Shown one piece after another: positions 9,990 through 20,075 of a stretch of 64,000 bases of DNA. How positions within the stretch are numbered: the stretch's first letter is position 1; each line of letters starts with the position of its first letter. The stretch spans positions 1,012 to 65,011 of the forward strand of contig CALXJY010000003.1 of NCBI GenBank assembly GCA_944388755.1, in the 5' to 3' direction. Made by a program: the position numbers and the translations under genes. Source of the DNA: an uncultured Clostridia bacterium. Its GTDB lineage: Bacteria; Bacillota; Clostridia; TANB77; CAG-508. The notes under the pieces were generated by a model. The model was not told where the DNA came from. It saw nothing but the letters and a program-made list of their open reading frames with translations, and did not search any database.

Positions 9990-11912
9990 TTATAGTTCAA
10001 CTTCTTTTTGTTTTATTTGTCTTTCTAATTCTTTTATTTTGTATAGTGGCATATCGTATTCTATAATTTCATATGTTTCGCTAGATGAATATCCTCCTTT
10101 TAATAATGCTTTCACATCTTCTTCTAGTTGAAGGTATTCTTGTTGTTTTTGAGGATTGTTTTTTATATAATTATTTTTTAATCTTGTTATATATTTTAAA
10201 GTTATTCCCTTATATTTTAATAAATTATATATCTGTTTTGTAGTTTTATTTTGTCTTATGTATTGTTCTATTTCTTCTTTTTGAACTTTTTTATTATATT
10301 TTTGTTTTTTTCTTTCATTTTTTTGATATATTCTTTTTATTCTTTTTGTCTTTCCAAATTGTCTATCATTATCTGTTAGCATTTTTTGTAAATCAGCAAT
10401 CTCTCTTCTTTGCTCTTTGCTTAAGTTTAGCAAGCTTGTATATTTTGCTAAATTTGTATAAGCTACATTTCTATCATATATTATTTCATATAATTTTGTA
10501 ATTAAAAATATTGATTTTCCAATATCATTAAATGTTTCTAGTTTTTTTATGACTTCTTGTAAATTTTCTCTTGTTATTTCTCCTCTACTTAATTTTTGTA
10601 TTGTTTCTCGATAATATTTTCTTTCTTCTTTTGCTCTAGTTTGTCTTTTTTCTTTCTCTAATTGTTCTTTTTTATTTAAATAATCTTCAACTTTTTTGTC
10701 ATTTTTTATATCTTCTCTAGTTTTTGATATTTCACTTATGACTCTTCTATAACTTTCTTTAGTAAGTGTCTCTTCTGTATCTATATATTTATTTAAGGCA
10801 TTTATTTTTTCTATTTTATCTTCTGTCATCATTGCTTTTATGTTTAGTAATTCAATTAGGCTTTTATCAAAATTTGGATATTTTCTAGCTTCTTCTATTT
10901 TCTTTGATATATCATCTTTTGTTAAAATTCCATGTAAAAAGTCTTTTTGGATTTTATCAATAAATTCTATTCTTGATTCTTCTGTATAACTTTTTTGTTT
11001 TTCTTGTTCAAGTTGATTCTTAATTTTTCTTTCTTCTATTAGGTTATTTACTCTTTCCAATCTTTTTTGAGCTTTAATGTTAGTTCCTCTTTTTGAATTA
11101 TTTAAAATTCTTTCTAATGTTTCTTTTTCCTTTTCTATTTTTCCATTATCTCTTTGAATTTTAGATAAATACCATAAAGCTATTTCATCTTTATTGTCAA
11201 TGTTTAATAAATCTTTTATCTCTATTTCAGCTTGCTTCTCTTCCCCTATATTATATAGTGCTTTTACTAGTTTTTCTCTTGCTATAATTTCTCTTGGATA
11301 CATTAGTAATATACTTTCTGCCATCTCTTTTATCTGTTGAAATATTTTTAAGTAATTTTCTTGAAGAATTTTTTGTTTATTTGAATTTATTCCTTGCCTT
11401 TCAAGAATTCCTTGTTGCTTTTCTGTTTCTGTTAAAATGCTTCTTTCTAGTGAAGCAATTTTTTTATATAATTCTTTCTTTTTTATTAAATTACCATCTA
11501 TTGGTATATTTTGTTTCTTACATTCAAGAATCTCTAATTCATCAACATATTTCTGATTGTTTGGTTTTAATTCTAAGAGTAATTTCATATATTCTATCGC
11601 TTTATCATAGTTTCCTGATTTTTCTTCTATAATTGATAATCCATTTATAATCTCTTCTGTTTTATAAGCTGATATCAATTCTTCTCCTACTGCTCTTGCT
11701 TTATTCAAGTCATTTAATCTTATATATGCATACATTAAATTAGTTCTAAGGTTTATATCATTTGGTAATATCTCTAAAGCTTTTTCTATATTGTCTTTTA
11801 ATTCTAAATTTATACTTTTTCTTTTTTCACTATTTTTTTCTAATTGTTGTTCTTTGTTTAATCTAAATATAATTGATTTATATATTTTAAAATTTTTTTC
11901 ATTTACTTCCAT
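9990..11912 (-). CDS. TPR/coiled-coil, Lys/Glu-rich hypothetical protein
   Basis: TPR-like helices in the N-terminal third (NLMYAYIRLNDLNKARAVGEELI, GNYDKAIEYMKLLLELKPNN). The remainder is a long K/E-rich helical region. Confidence 0.6.
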   Translation of the reverse strand: MEVNEKNFKIYKSIIFRLNKEQQLEKNSEKRKSINLELKDNIEKALEILPNDINLRTNLMYAYIRLNDLNKARAVGEELISAYKTEEIINGLSIIEEKSGNYDKAIEYMKLLLELKPNNQKYVDELEILECKKQNIPIDGNLIKKKELYKKIASLERSILTETEKQQGILERQGINSNKQKILQENYLKIFQQIKEMAESILLMYPREIIAREKLVKALYNIGEEKQAEIEIKDLLNIDNKDEIALWYLSKIQRDNGKIEKEKETLERILNNSKRGTNIKAQKRLERVNNLIEERKIKNQLEQEKQKSYTEESRIEFIDKIQKDFLHGILTKDDISKKIEEARKYPNFDKSLIELLNIKAMMTEDKIEKINALNKYIDTEETLTKESYRRVISEISKTREDIKNDKKVEDYLNKKEQLEKEKRQTRAKEERKYYRETIQKLSRGEITRENLQEVIKKLETFNDIGKSIFLITKLYEIIYDRNVAYTNLAKYTSLLNLSKEQRREIADLQKMLTDNDRQFGKTKRIKRIYQKNERKKQKYNKKVQKEEIEQYIRQNKTTKQIYNLLKYKGITLKYITRLKNNYIKNNPQKQQEYLQLEEDVKALLKGGYSSSETYEIIEYDMPLYKIKELERQIKQKEVEL

Positions 11913-12060
11913 TTTTATAATCCTCTATTTATATTTTTATTTAATTATATATTATTTTTTTTTAGTTATCAATAGTAGTTTTTAATATTTATTAGTTCAA
12001 AAAATTATTTTACATAAGAAAAATCTTTGAATTTTCTTAAAATATGTCGGTATATGTCTT

Positions 12061-12097
12061 CTCTATTAGAAAAGTCAGTATAACTTTCCTAATAGAG
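12061..12097. repeat. 37-nt palindromic intergenic repeat, copy A
   Basis: ctctattagaaaagtcagtataactttcctaatagag. Same unit as copies at 18199, 21141, 24159, 25443 and 25585. Confidence 0.9.
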
Positions 12098-12102
12098 AAA
12101 TA

Positions 12103-12127
12103 AATAAGAGCCAAACCGGCTCTTATT
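12103..12127. terminator. hairpin at the 3' end of the typA-105aa-76aa transcription unit
   Basis: aataagagcc-aaacc-ggctcttatt. T/A-rich flanks on both sides. Overlaps the stop of 12123..12353. Confidence 0.55.
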
Positions 12128-12353
12128 TATTTTCAACTTTTCTAGACATCATACATATTGTATTATATCTGCATTCGGTACATTCTCCTTTGCACATAGG
12201 ACAGGTTAACCTAAGTGTGCAACTTAAACATTCTAGTTGGTGGCAGTATATATATGGACATACATCTATATCACAATTAATACAGCCTTTGTTTTCAGAA
12301 TCTAATATACACCTCCGTTGAATTTTAGAGGGCTTTTCTAAGTTTTTACCCAT
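12123..12353 (-). CDS. small cysteine-rich protein (12 Cys, four CxxC pairs)
   Basis: Strong RBS AGGAGG 7 nt upstream. CINC, CLSC, CPMC and CTEC suggest two Zn-ribbon or metal sites. Contains an in-frame CGG at codon 13. Confidence 0.6.
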   Translation of the reverse strand: MGKNLEKPSKIQRRCILDSENKGCINCDIDVCPYIYCHQLECLSCTLRLTCPMCKGECTECRYNTICMMSRKVENK

Positions 12354-12443
12354 AGATTTTCCTCCTAATAATTTTTTGATATTACATATTATATATTTAT
12401 TTTTTGGTTATGTCAATCTTTTTTAGGTAAAGATATTACTAAC

Positions 12444-12761
12444 CTATCTGTCTTTTTGATTTCGTTGTTCTATTTTTTCTTTTTTTCTAATAAATCCTTT
12501 TGCTACATTTGTTACACATTGCCTTATATCTAAATTATTTTTAAACCAATAGTCAAATTTTTGTATTATGTCATCTTGCATAATTAAGTCTATAGCATCA
12601 TTAAAACTATGCCCTTTTTCAATATATTCTATAACCTTTTTTCCAATATATTTTCTATTCTCTGTGTCTTCATTGTTTTTTGCTTTTTCTTTTGCTTTCT
12701 CTTTTTGGTAACAATATTCTGCAGCATATGAAATTTCTATTCCTGATATTCTTTTTCCCAT
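12444..12761 (-). CDS. hypothetical protein (105 aa)
   Basis: RBS GGAGGGG upstream. Starts 17 nt after the typA stop, so it is probably co-transcribed with typA. Confidence 0.55.
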   Translation of the reverse strand: MGKRISGIEISYAAEYCYQKEKAKEKAKNNEDTENRKYIGKKVIEYIEKGHSFNDAIDLIMQDDIIQKFDYWFKNNLDIRQCVTNVAKGFIRKKEKIEQRNQKDR

Positions 12762-12777
12762 ATAACCCCTCCATTAT

Positions 12778-14592
12778 CTATTTATTTCTATTGGCTCTTT
12801 CTCTTTCTTTTGTATCTAGTATTTTCTTTCTTAGCCTAATTGATTTTGGAGTAACTTCTACTAGTTCATCATCTTGGATAAACTCTATTGCCTTTTCTAA
12901 AGACATTTGTATTGGTGGTACTAAGCGTAGTGCATCATCTGATCCTGATGCTCTTGTATTTGTTAAGTGTTTTTCTTTACATACATTTATGCTTAAATCT
13001 TCTCCTCTTGAATTTAGTCCTACTATCATTCCTTCATATACATCTACACCTGGTCCTATGAATAATTCTCCTTTATCTTGTGCATTATATAGTCCATATG
13101 TTACTGATTTTCCTGTTTCAAATGCTACTATTGTTCCTCTTACTCTTGATACAACATCTCCTTTATATGGTTCATAGCTGTCAAATATGTGGTTCATTGT
13201 TCCTTCACCTTTAGTGTCTGTTAAAAACTCTGTTCTATATCCTATTAATCCTCTTGCTGGTATTTTGAATTCTATTTTTGTATGACCTTCTTCAGCAGGC
13301 TCCATATTTACCATTTCAGCTTTTCTTTTTCCTAGTTTTTCAATGACATTTCCGACACAATCATCTGGTACATTTACAACTAATCTTTCAATTGGTTCAC
13401 ATTTTACACCATCAATTTCCTTAAATATTACCTTTGGTCTTGATACCAATAGTTCAAATCCTTCTCTTCTCATTGTTTCTATTAATACAGATAAATGTAA
13501 TTCCCCTCTTCCAGATACTTCAAATGAGTCTGGTGTTTCTGTTTCTTTAACTCGTAAACTTACATTTCTTTCTAATTCTTTAAATAATCTATCACGAATA
13601 TGACGAGATGTTATATATTGACCTTCTTTTCCTGCAAATGGTCCATTATTAACACTGAATGTCATTGATACAGTTGGTTCATCTATATCTACAAAAGGTA
13701 TTTTTTCTGGGTGATTTAAATCACATATTGTATCACCAATATTTATATTTGGTAATCCTGCTAATGCCACTATATCTCCAGCACTAACTTCTTCGACTTC
13801 TTGTCTTTTTAATCCTATATGTGTATATAATTTTGCAATTCTTCCTTGTGTTATTTTGTCTTCTTTTCCGCATATTGCAACTGGCATGTTTAATTTTATT
13901 GTTCCTCTTTCTATTCTTCCTATTGCAATTCTTCCTACATAGTCGTCATAATCTATATTTGATACTAGCATTTGTGTTGGACCTTCTATATCGCAATTTG
14001 GTGCTTGTATTGTATTTACAATTGTTTCAAATAAACATGTTAGGTCTTTTGCGTCATCTTCTAAATTCATTTTTGCTATTCCATTTTTTGCTGATGCATA
14101 TACAACAGGGAAGTCTAATTGTTCATCTGTTGCATCTAATTCAATAAATAATTCTATTACTTGATCTACAACTTTTTCAGGAGTTGCCCCAGGTCTATCT
14201 ATCTTGTTTATTACAACTATTGGCTTTAGCCCAAGTGCTAGTGATTTTTTTAATACTTCTCTTGTTTGTGGCATTGCCCCTTCAAATGCATCTACTAATA
14301 AAAGGACTCCATCAACTGTTTTTAAAACCCTTTCTACTTCTCCTCCAAAGTCCGCATGTCCAGGTGTATCTACAATATTTATTTTTATGTCTTTATACAT
14401 TACTGATGTATTTTTAGATAGTATTGTTATTCCTCTTTCCTTTTCCAAATCGTTTGAATCCATTACTCTTTCTTGTACTTGTTCATTTTCTCTAAATACA
14501 TGGCTTTGTTTAAGCATTGCATCTACTAATGTTGTTTTTCCGTGATCTACGTGTGCAATTATCGCAATATTTCTTATTTTTTGGTTGTTCAT
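12778..14592 (-). CDS. typA: translational GTPase TypA/BipA
   Basis: AHVDHGKTT, DTPGHADFGGEVER and NKIDRP motifs. 604 aa, full-length BipA architecture. Confidence 0.95.
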   Translation of the reverse strand: MNNQKIRNIAIIAHVDHGKTTLVDAMLKQSHVFRENEQVQERVMDSNDLEKERGITILSKNTSVMYKDIKINIVDTPGHADFGGEVERVLKTVDGVLLLVDAFEGAMPQTREVLKKSLALGLKPIVVINKIDRPGATPEKVVDQVIELFIELDATDEQLDFPVVYASAKNGIAKMNLEDDAKDLTCLFETIVNTIQAPNCDIEGPTQMLVSNIDYDDYVGRIAIGRIERGTIKLNMPVAICGKEDKITQGRIAKLYTHIGLKRQEVEEVSAGDIVALAGLPNINIGDTICDLNHPEKIPFVDIDEPTVSMTFSVNNGPFAGKEGQYITSRHIRDRLFKELERNVSLRVKETETPDSFEVSGRGELHLSVLIETMRREGFELLVSRPKVIFKEIDGVKCEPIERLVVNVPDDCVGNVIEKLGKRKAEMVNMEPAEEGHTKIEFKIPARGLIGYRTEFLTDTKGEGTMNHIFDSYEPYKGDVVSRVRGTIVAFETGKSVTYGLYNAQDKGELFIGPGVDVYEGMIVGLNSRGEDLSINVCKEKHLTNTRASGSDDALRLVPPIQMSLEKAIEFIQDDELVEVTPKSIRLRKKILDTKERERANRNK

Positions 14593-14713
14593 TTTTTATC
14601 CCTCTTTCTTACTACAAGTATTTTTTCAAATTTTAACTTCTAGGAGTTGTGACTTCCTAGAAGTTATGTAAATTTTTCTCTAAATAAACTTATAAAATTA
14701 TATAACAAATTGC

Positions 14714-15319
14714 TTATTTTGTCAACTCAATTATATTTTCCATAATTTCCTCTGTTACTTTGTCTAACACTTCTTTATCTTTACTTCCTTTGTATTTGCT
14801 ATAATCTAGTGGTTTTCCATATGTAATTGTTATTTTATGTTGTTCTTTAGTTCCTCCTTTTATTCCACATGGTACAACTTTTGCTCCGCTTCTTATAGCA
14901 AAAAAAGCTACTCCATCTTTTACTTTTTCTCCTTTTTCCATTCCATTTCTTGTTCCTTCTGGGAATAGGGCTATACATTTTCCTTCTTTTAAGTCCTTTA
15001 AGGATTTCTTTATTGCTGATACATCTTTTTCATCTCTTTTTACAGGTATGGCTTCAAATGCCCATCCTAAAAAAGCCAAAAACTTATTTTTATATAGTTC
15101 TTCTTTTGCTAAAAACTTCATATCTCTTTTTGCTGTTACTACCATAAGTGGTGGATCTAGATAGCTTCTATGGTTACCACAAAATATAATTGGACCTTTT
15201 TTTGGTACATTTTCTGTTCCTTTTATTTCTGCTTGATAAACAATTTTAAACCATATAAATAAAGCTCCTCTTACTATAAATTTGACTATTTCTTTAAAAA
15301 ACTTTTTCATTTTTATCAC
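14714..15319 (-). CDS. plsC: 1-acyl-sn-glycerol-3-phosphate acyltransferase
   Basis: Acyltransferase motifs NHRSYLDP (HX4D) and FPEGTR. Confidence 0.85.
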   Translation of the reverse strand: MIKMKKFFKEIVKFIVRGALFIWFKIVYQAEIKGTENVPKKGPIIFCGNHRSYLDPPLMVVTAKRDMKFLAKEELYKNKFLAFLGWAFEAIPVKRDEKDVSAIKKSLKDLKEGKCIALFPEGTRNGMEKGEKVKDGVAFFAIRSGAKVVPCGIKGGTKEQHKITITYGKPLDYSKYKGSKDKEVLDKVTEEIMENIIELTK

Positions 15320-15342
15320 ATATCCTTTTCTATAAATCAGAA

Positions 15343-16017
15343 TTAATATTTACTTCTTTTTTTATTTATGATTTCTATTATTTTTTCTACTACTTCATTT
15401 ATTGTTAAATTAGTTGAATCTATGTATATGGCATCTTCTGCTTGTTTTAGTGGTGCAATTTCTCTATGTGAATCATAACTATTCCTTTTTTTTATATCCT
15501 CTAATACTTGTTTATATGTAACTTCTATTCCTTTCTCCTTATTTTGTTTGTATCTTCTTTTTGCTATTTCTTCATCTGTGGCATCTAAATATATTTTTAC
15601 ATTTGCATTTGGAAATACTACTGTACCTATGTCTCTTCCTTCCATAATTACGTTTTTATTTTGTCCCATCTTTCTTTGTAATGGTGTAATTTTATTTCTT
15701 ACTATAGGAAGTGCCGAAAATGCTGATACATTTTTATCAATATTTGGCATTCTTATTTCCTTTGTTACATCTTTTCCATTTAAAAATACTTTTTGTTTTC
15801 CATCTTGATTTTCCATTTCTATTGATATTTTATTCATCATTTCTTCAATTTTTTCGTTTTCTGTAGGCCTAATATTTTTATTTAATGCTTCTACTGTAAC
15901 ACATCTATACATTGCCCCTGTGTCTATAGTAATAAAACCCAATTTTTCAGCAACTAATTTGGTCACTGTTCCTTTTCCACTACCTGCTGGTCCATCTATT
16001 GCTACTATAAATGACAT
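15343..16017 (-). CDS. cmk: cytidylate kinase
   Basis: P-loop IAIDGPAGSGKGT, typical Cmk length and motifs (IDTGAMYR, EGRDIGTVVFP). Confidence 0.9.
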   Translation of the reverse strand: MSFIVAIDGPAGSGKGTVTKLVAEKLGFITIDTGAMYRCVTVEALNKNIRPTENEKIEEMMNKISIEMENQDGKQKVFLNGKDVTKEIRMPNIDKNVSAFSALPIVRNKITPLQRKMGQNKNVIMEGRDIGTVVFPNANVKIYLDATDEEIAKRRYKQNKEKGIEVTYKQVLEDIKKRNSYDSHREIAPLKQAEDAIYIDSTNLTINEVVEKIIEIINKKRSKY

Positions 16018-16036
16018 TTTACTTCCTTCTTTCTAT

Positions 16037-16903
16037 CTATATATTTTCTTTGATTTGAGGTACATATATATTTTTAACAATTATTTCCATATCTACTATA
16101 TTCATTGATGTTAATTGCTCTATTTCTTTTATAGCTTTTTCTTTAAATTCTTTTGTTTCTTTCATTACATTTACCCCATATGTCGCGGTTATTTCCATAT
16201 ATATACCTGCTCCATCTCCGTAATTTGATACTCTTACTTTTTGAATTTTGTGTATTCCTTTTGTCTTACTTGCTAAATATTCTAGAATTTGTCTGAATAC
16301 TGTATCTGAAATTGTGAAATTTCCCAGATAACTAAATGTTGGTCTTATTATTGATTTTTCTGATATATATGGCTTTTGTCCCTTTCCTTTACTTTTAAAT
16401 ATTTGTAGTGGATCTAATAAATATCCTGAAAAATCCTTTTTTATTTCAAATGTTGGTACAGGTATAACATGTTTTCCTTCTGTTACTCTTATTCTTCTTG
16501 CTGTTTCCATTTCTTGCTTTGTTGCTACATCTTGTATGTAAATTGTTTCTTTTATTTGTGGTAATCCTAAATTTGATGCTATCTTTTGTACCATTCCATC
16601 TGATGTTCCTAGTATTAAAATTTTATCCGGCTTATATTTTTTAAATGCTTTTATTATTTCTTGTTTTTCTTCTTCTTTATAAAATAACGCATGTTTTACT
16701 GTCTCTATTTTTGTTGGTGCCTTTTTTGCTGATTCTCCTGCTATAACCTCATTATCTTTTATTAATAATCCATCATCTATTATGTAATCTATATTTTTTT
16801 CTCCCGCTACCATTTGTGCTCTATAACTTTTTCCTGTTCCTGATGGTCCAACAAATGCATATACTTCTATCTTGTTTCCAAATATTTCTTTTAATAATGT
16901 CAT
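16037..16903 (-). CDS. P-loop NTPase fused to an Asp23/Gls24-like C-terminal domain
   Basis: Walker A FVGPSGTGKS. The C-terminal ~110 aa resemble Asp23/DUF322 (KIQKVRVSNYGDGAGIYMEITATYGVNV). Start chosen at ATG 16903 (MTLLKEIF, AAAGGA upstream). The ORF track extends to 16990. Confidence 0.65.
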   Translation of the reverse strand: MTLLKEIFGNKIEVYAFVGPSGTGKSYRAQMVAGEKNIDYIIDDGLLIKDNEVIAGESAKKAPTKIETVKHALFYKEEEKQEIIKAFKKYKPDKILILGTSDGMVQKIASNLGLPQIKETIYIQDVATKQEMETARRIRVTEGKHVIPVPTFEIKKDFSGYLLDPLQIFKSKGKGQKPYISEKSIIRPTFSYLGNFTISDTVFRQILEYLASKTKGIHKIQKVRVSNYGDGAGIYMEITATYGVNVMKETKEFKEKAIKEIEQLTSMNIVDMEIIVKNIYVPQIKENI

Positions 16904-16973
16904 ATTTATTATCATTCCTTTCATAAGGCACAAATATATTTTTCTTTTAAATATTTTCTTTTTGTGATTATTT

Positions 16974-18110
16974 TTAATTTTGATAGTCATATTGACTTAA
17001 AACTGGATATTCATAGTTTCTGCCTTCTTGTGTAAATTGTGTATTTGGTATATGGTCTTTATTCATTTTTAAACTTCCTTTTAAAAAATATTTGTATTTT
17101 ATATCATTGCTTATTGTTCCGTTTCCAATTATTACAGGATCATCCCATGTTGCATCTACAGCATACCAAGAGTTACTTATTTTTACGTAATTCCAAGCAT
17201 GATTTTCTGTTTCTCCTTTTGAATTTGTTGCCTGTCCAATTACCATAACACAAGGAATTTGCATCTCGTCTAATAAATATTTGAAAGCTTTTGCATATCC
17301 TTCACATACACTTTCTTTATTTACTAATGCTCCATATATGTTATATATATTATCTTTTGCTAGTGTTGAGTCATATTCTACATTATTTACTAAATAATCA
17401 TGTATCATTTTTATATTATTATATGTATTATTTGTTTTTTGTGATATTATTTGATTTTTTATTTTTTCTATCATATCTATTGCTTGTTCTACTTGGCTTT
17501 GTGATGTATATTCATCTGAAAAATAATTTGGTTGCGAACCATTATTTATAAATACTTTGTATGTTTTTTTATTTCCTCTAGTTGTTGTTTCTATGTTTAG
17601 ATATAACTTATTTGCTGATATATAAAATATTTTTGGATTGTCATATAAATATGATTCTACTGCAGATTGGTAATATTCTCCTAATTTTTGTTCTCCTCCT
17701 GATGTTGATAGCAAATCTGAAAAAGTTGTTCCTAGGTCTATTGTTGCTGTTCCAGTTTTCATTTTTTCTTCATTTGCTTGTAGTGCTTTATATATTGTTT
17801 GAGCTTCAGGTTCTAATTGCTCATAAAAATATCCATCTGTTTCTATTTTACTATAATCTATATTTGTTTTATTTGTTGTTGGTGTCTGTGGTATTTCTGT
17901 TATATTTTCTATTATTTGTGGTGTTTCAATGTTTTCTTCTTTTGTATCTTCAAATAATGTTGAATATGTTGATACAAAGTTTTCTACATCTGTTGCAATT
18001 GATTCATTTGATGTAATTTCTTTATATATTATTATTCCTAGACATACTAGAATAATTATAATTAACAATATTACTACTGACATTATAAATCCTGTAATTT
18101 TACTTTTCAT
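16974..18110 (-). CDS. membrane-anchored transglutaminase-like (cysteine protease fold) protein
   Basis: N-terminal TM helix. Transglutaminase-core motifs CEGYAKAFKYLLD, HAWNYV and AVDATWD. Confidence 0.75.
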   Translation of the reverse strand: MKSKITGFIMSVVILLIIIILVCLGIIIYKEITSNESIATDVENFVSTYSTLFEDTKEENIETPQIIENITEIPQTPTTNKTNIDYSKIETDGYFYEQLEPEAQTIYKALQANEEKMKTGTATIDLGTTFSDLLSTSGGEQKLGEYYQSAVESYLYDNPKIFYISANKLYLNIETTTRGNKKTYKVFINNGSQPNYFSDEYTSQSQVEQAIDMIEKIKNQIISQKTNNTYNNIKMIHDYLVNNVEYDSTLAKDNIYNIYGALVNKESVCEGYAKAFKYLLDEMQIPCVMVIGQATNSKGETENHAWNYVKISNSWYAVDATWDDPVIIGNGTISNDIKYKYFLKGSLKMNKDHIPNTQFTQEGRNYEYPVLSQYDYQN

Positions 18111-18198
18111 CTATCATCTTCCTTTTTCTTTTGATACAAATTTATTATAGCATTTTATTAAATTTTTGTCTATCTATTTTTTTAGTTCTACGTGTTTT

Positions 18199-18235
18199 CT
18201 CTATTAGAAAATTCAGTATGGCTTTTCTAATAGAA
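18199..18235. repeat. 37-nt palindromic intergenic repeat, copy B
   Basis: ctctattagaaaattcagtatggcttttctaatagaa. Confidence 0.85.
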
Positions 18236-18242
18236 CATAAAG

Positions 18243-18292
18243 ATGAGCATACTAAGTATTTTCTAGTAATTTTAGAAAATTTGTATGCTCAT
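18243..18292. repeat. second nested hairpin next to copy B
   Basis: atgagcatac ... gtatgctcat (10-bp arms) enclosing ttttcta/tagaaaa. Lies just downstream of the DUF378 gene. Confidence 0.5.
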
Positions 18293-18305
18293 AATATCTT
18301 TTAAA

Positions 18306-18494
18306 TTAATCATCAAATAATAATTTTATTCCCCATAAACCAGATATTCCAACTAGTGCATATATTATTCTACTTATTACTGTCATTTCTCCAAATATTG
18401 CTCCTACTAAGTTGAAATTGAATATTCCTATTAATCCCCAGTTTATAGCTCCTATTATTATTAGCACTAAGGCTATTTTGTCTATAATTTTCAT
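18306..18494 (-). CDS. DUF378-family small membrane protein
   Basis: KIALVLIIIGAINWGLIGIFNFNLV pattern typical of DUF378. Two TM helices. Confidence 0.75.
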   Translation of the reverse strand: MKIIDKIALVLIIIGAINWGLIGIFNFNLVGAIFGEMTVISRIIYALVGISGLWGIKLLFDD

Positions 18495-18639
18495 TTTTTA
18501 CTTTCCTTTCTTGCTTTTTTAAGCATTATTTTTATTATTTTATGTTTTTTGTTGTTATTTTATTCAAATATTATAGACAAATTTTTTTACTAATTTTTAA
18601 TTTTTTGAATTTGTGTGCTGTATTAAGTACAATTTTATA

Positions 18640-19389
18640 TTAAATCTTTTTGCTTTCATCTAAAATATCTTTAGTAATATTAGATTTATCAAATTTTTTA
18701 GCTATTAATGCAACTATTCCAACAATTAAAAATATAATTGCATACATTATAAGTCCCATATGCCAATCTCCTTTAATTAGTGTTGCTCCTGCATATGTTG
18801 ATGATATTACTGATGGAAATCTTGCTAGTGTTGATATTATTATAAATCTTTTGGGATTTATTGGTAATAGTCCTGCTATGTATGTTAATATATCTTTTGG
18901 TGTTCCTGGTATAAAATATAATATTAGCATTATATATTCTATTTTTTTAGGGTGTTTAAATAGTTTGCTATTTTCTATTTTGTCAATTTTTTCTTTACTT
19001 ACTACTGTATATACAAAATTTCTTCCTATTTTTCTTACTAAGAAAAATATTATTGTTGTAGTTATTATTATTGATATTGTTATGAAACAAAATCCTCCTA
19101 TTGTTCCATAGCACATTCCTGCTAATATTTCTATTGGTTCTCCAGGTAATATTGGTAATATTATTTGTGCAAATTGTAATCCTAATAACATTAAAATTCC
19201 AATAAATCCTGATTCTTGAATTTTTATTTTAAAATTTTCTCTTCCTTGTGGTTTAAATAGTTCTTGCATTATTGGATATAAATATATTGTAAATCCTATT
19301 AAAAACAATATTATTATTACAAATATTATTATTTTTATAATTTTATATTTTTTTTGTTTTTCCATCTTTACTGTTATTACCTCCAGCAT
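18640..19389 (-). CDS. TVP38/TMEM64 (DedA-related, SNARE-associated) membrane protein
   Basis: Multi-TM protein with the ILPILPGEPIEILAGMCYG motif characteristic of TVP38/TMEM64. Alternative start at ATG 19365 (MEKQKKYK). Confidence 0.75.
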   Translation of the reverse strand: MLEVITVKMEKQKKYKIIKIIIFVIIILFLIGFTIYLYPIMQELFKPQGRENFKIKIQESGFIGILMLLGLQFAQIILPILPGEPIEILAGMCYGTIGGFCFITISIIITTTIIFFLVRKIGRNFVYTVVSKEKIDKIENSKLFKHPKKIEYIMLILYFIPGTPKDILTYIAGLLPINPKRFIIISTLARFPSVISSTYAGATLIKGDWHMGLIMYAIIFLIVGIVALIAKKFDKSNITKDILDESKKI

Positions 19390-19568
19390 ATATATTTTTT
19401 CATTATATTTAATATATTAACAAATTTTTGAATTATTTTGTTAGGTTCGTGGTGTTCATTATTACTATTTTTCTTGTAATATTATACTACTTTTTTTTGA
19501 AAAGTCTATGAATTTTTTCTTAATTTTCATAATTTTGCAATTTTTTATTATTTGTAAATATTTACATA

Positions 19569-19597
19569 TTGACTTAAATATAAAAAGATAGTATAAT
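19569..19597 (+). promoter_or_regulatory. sigma-A-type promoter of ssrA
   Basis: TTGACT (19569..19574), a 17-nt spacer, then TATAAT (19592..19597). The -10 box ends 15 nt before the mature tmRNA 5' end. Confidence 0.7.
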
Positions 19598-19612
19598 ATT
19601 AATGTTATATAT

Positions 19613-19964
19613 GGGGATGTAATGGTTTCGACATCTCACTAGATATATAGATAGCAAGTAGTGGATTCTCGTTGGCCACTTAAAAAAACGGGAACTTAAA
19701 TATAAATGCAGATAATAATGAATATGCATTAGCTGCCTAAGTGTAGCTACGCTTTACCTTTAGTCCTACTCTATCGGATAAAGTGTCATTTTTGTAGGAA
19801 ACAAAGCCGTTCTTGCTCTTAGAATGGTGGGTATTTAAAGAGCTTACAATTAATCTTTTTTGTTTATTAAAAATTTTAATTGGAATTATTTTAATAAACT
19901 AAACTTGTAGAAGTCTATGTTGAAAGTGTTATGGACAGGAGTTCGACTCTCCTCATCTCCACCA
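19613..19964 (+). ncRNA. ssrA: tmRNA (SsrA)
   Basis: 5' GGGGATGTAATGGTTTCGAC and 3' GGACAGGAGTTCGACTCTCCTCATCTCCACCA form the tRNA-like domain. Tag reading frame is gca gat aat aat gaa tat gca tta gct gcc taa (19708..19740) = ADNNEYALAA. Confidence 0.95.
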
Positions 19965-20075
19965 ATGACGTTTTTGTTCAAACTTTTTATAGAATAGAAG
20001 ATATAGAAAAATGATTGTATAAATATATATTTTTTAAATTAAATAAACTTTTTTTAATTTTTGTCATAATATATA

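Noticed and set aside
19965-20075. Integrative island at the tmRNA 3' end.
   Set aside because: No integrase or recombinase gene was seen downstream, and no direct repeat of the tmRNA 3' terminus. The variable-region idea is kept only as a low-interest finding.
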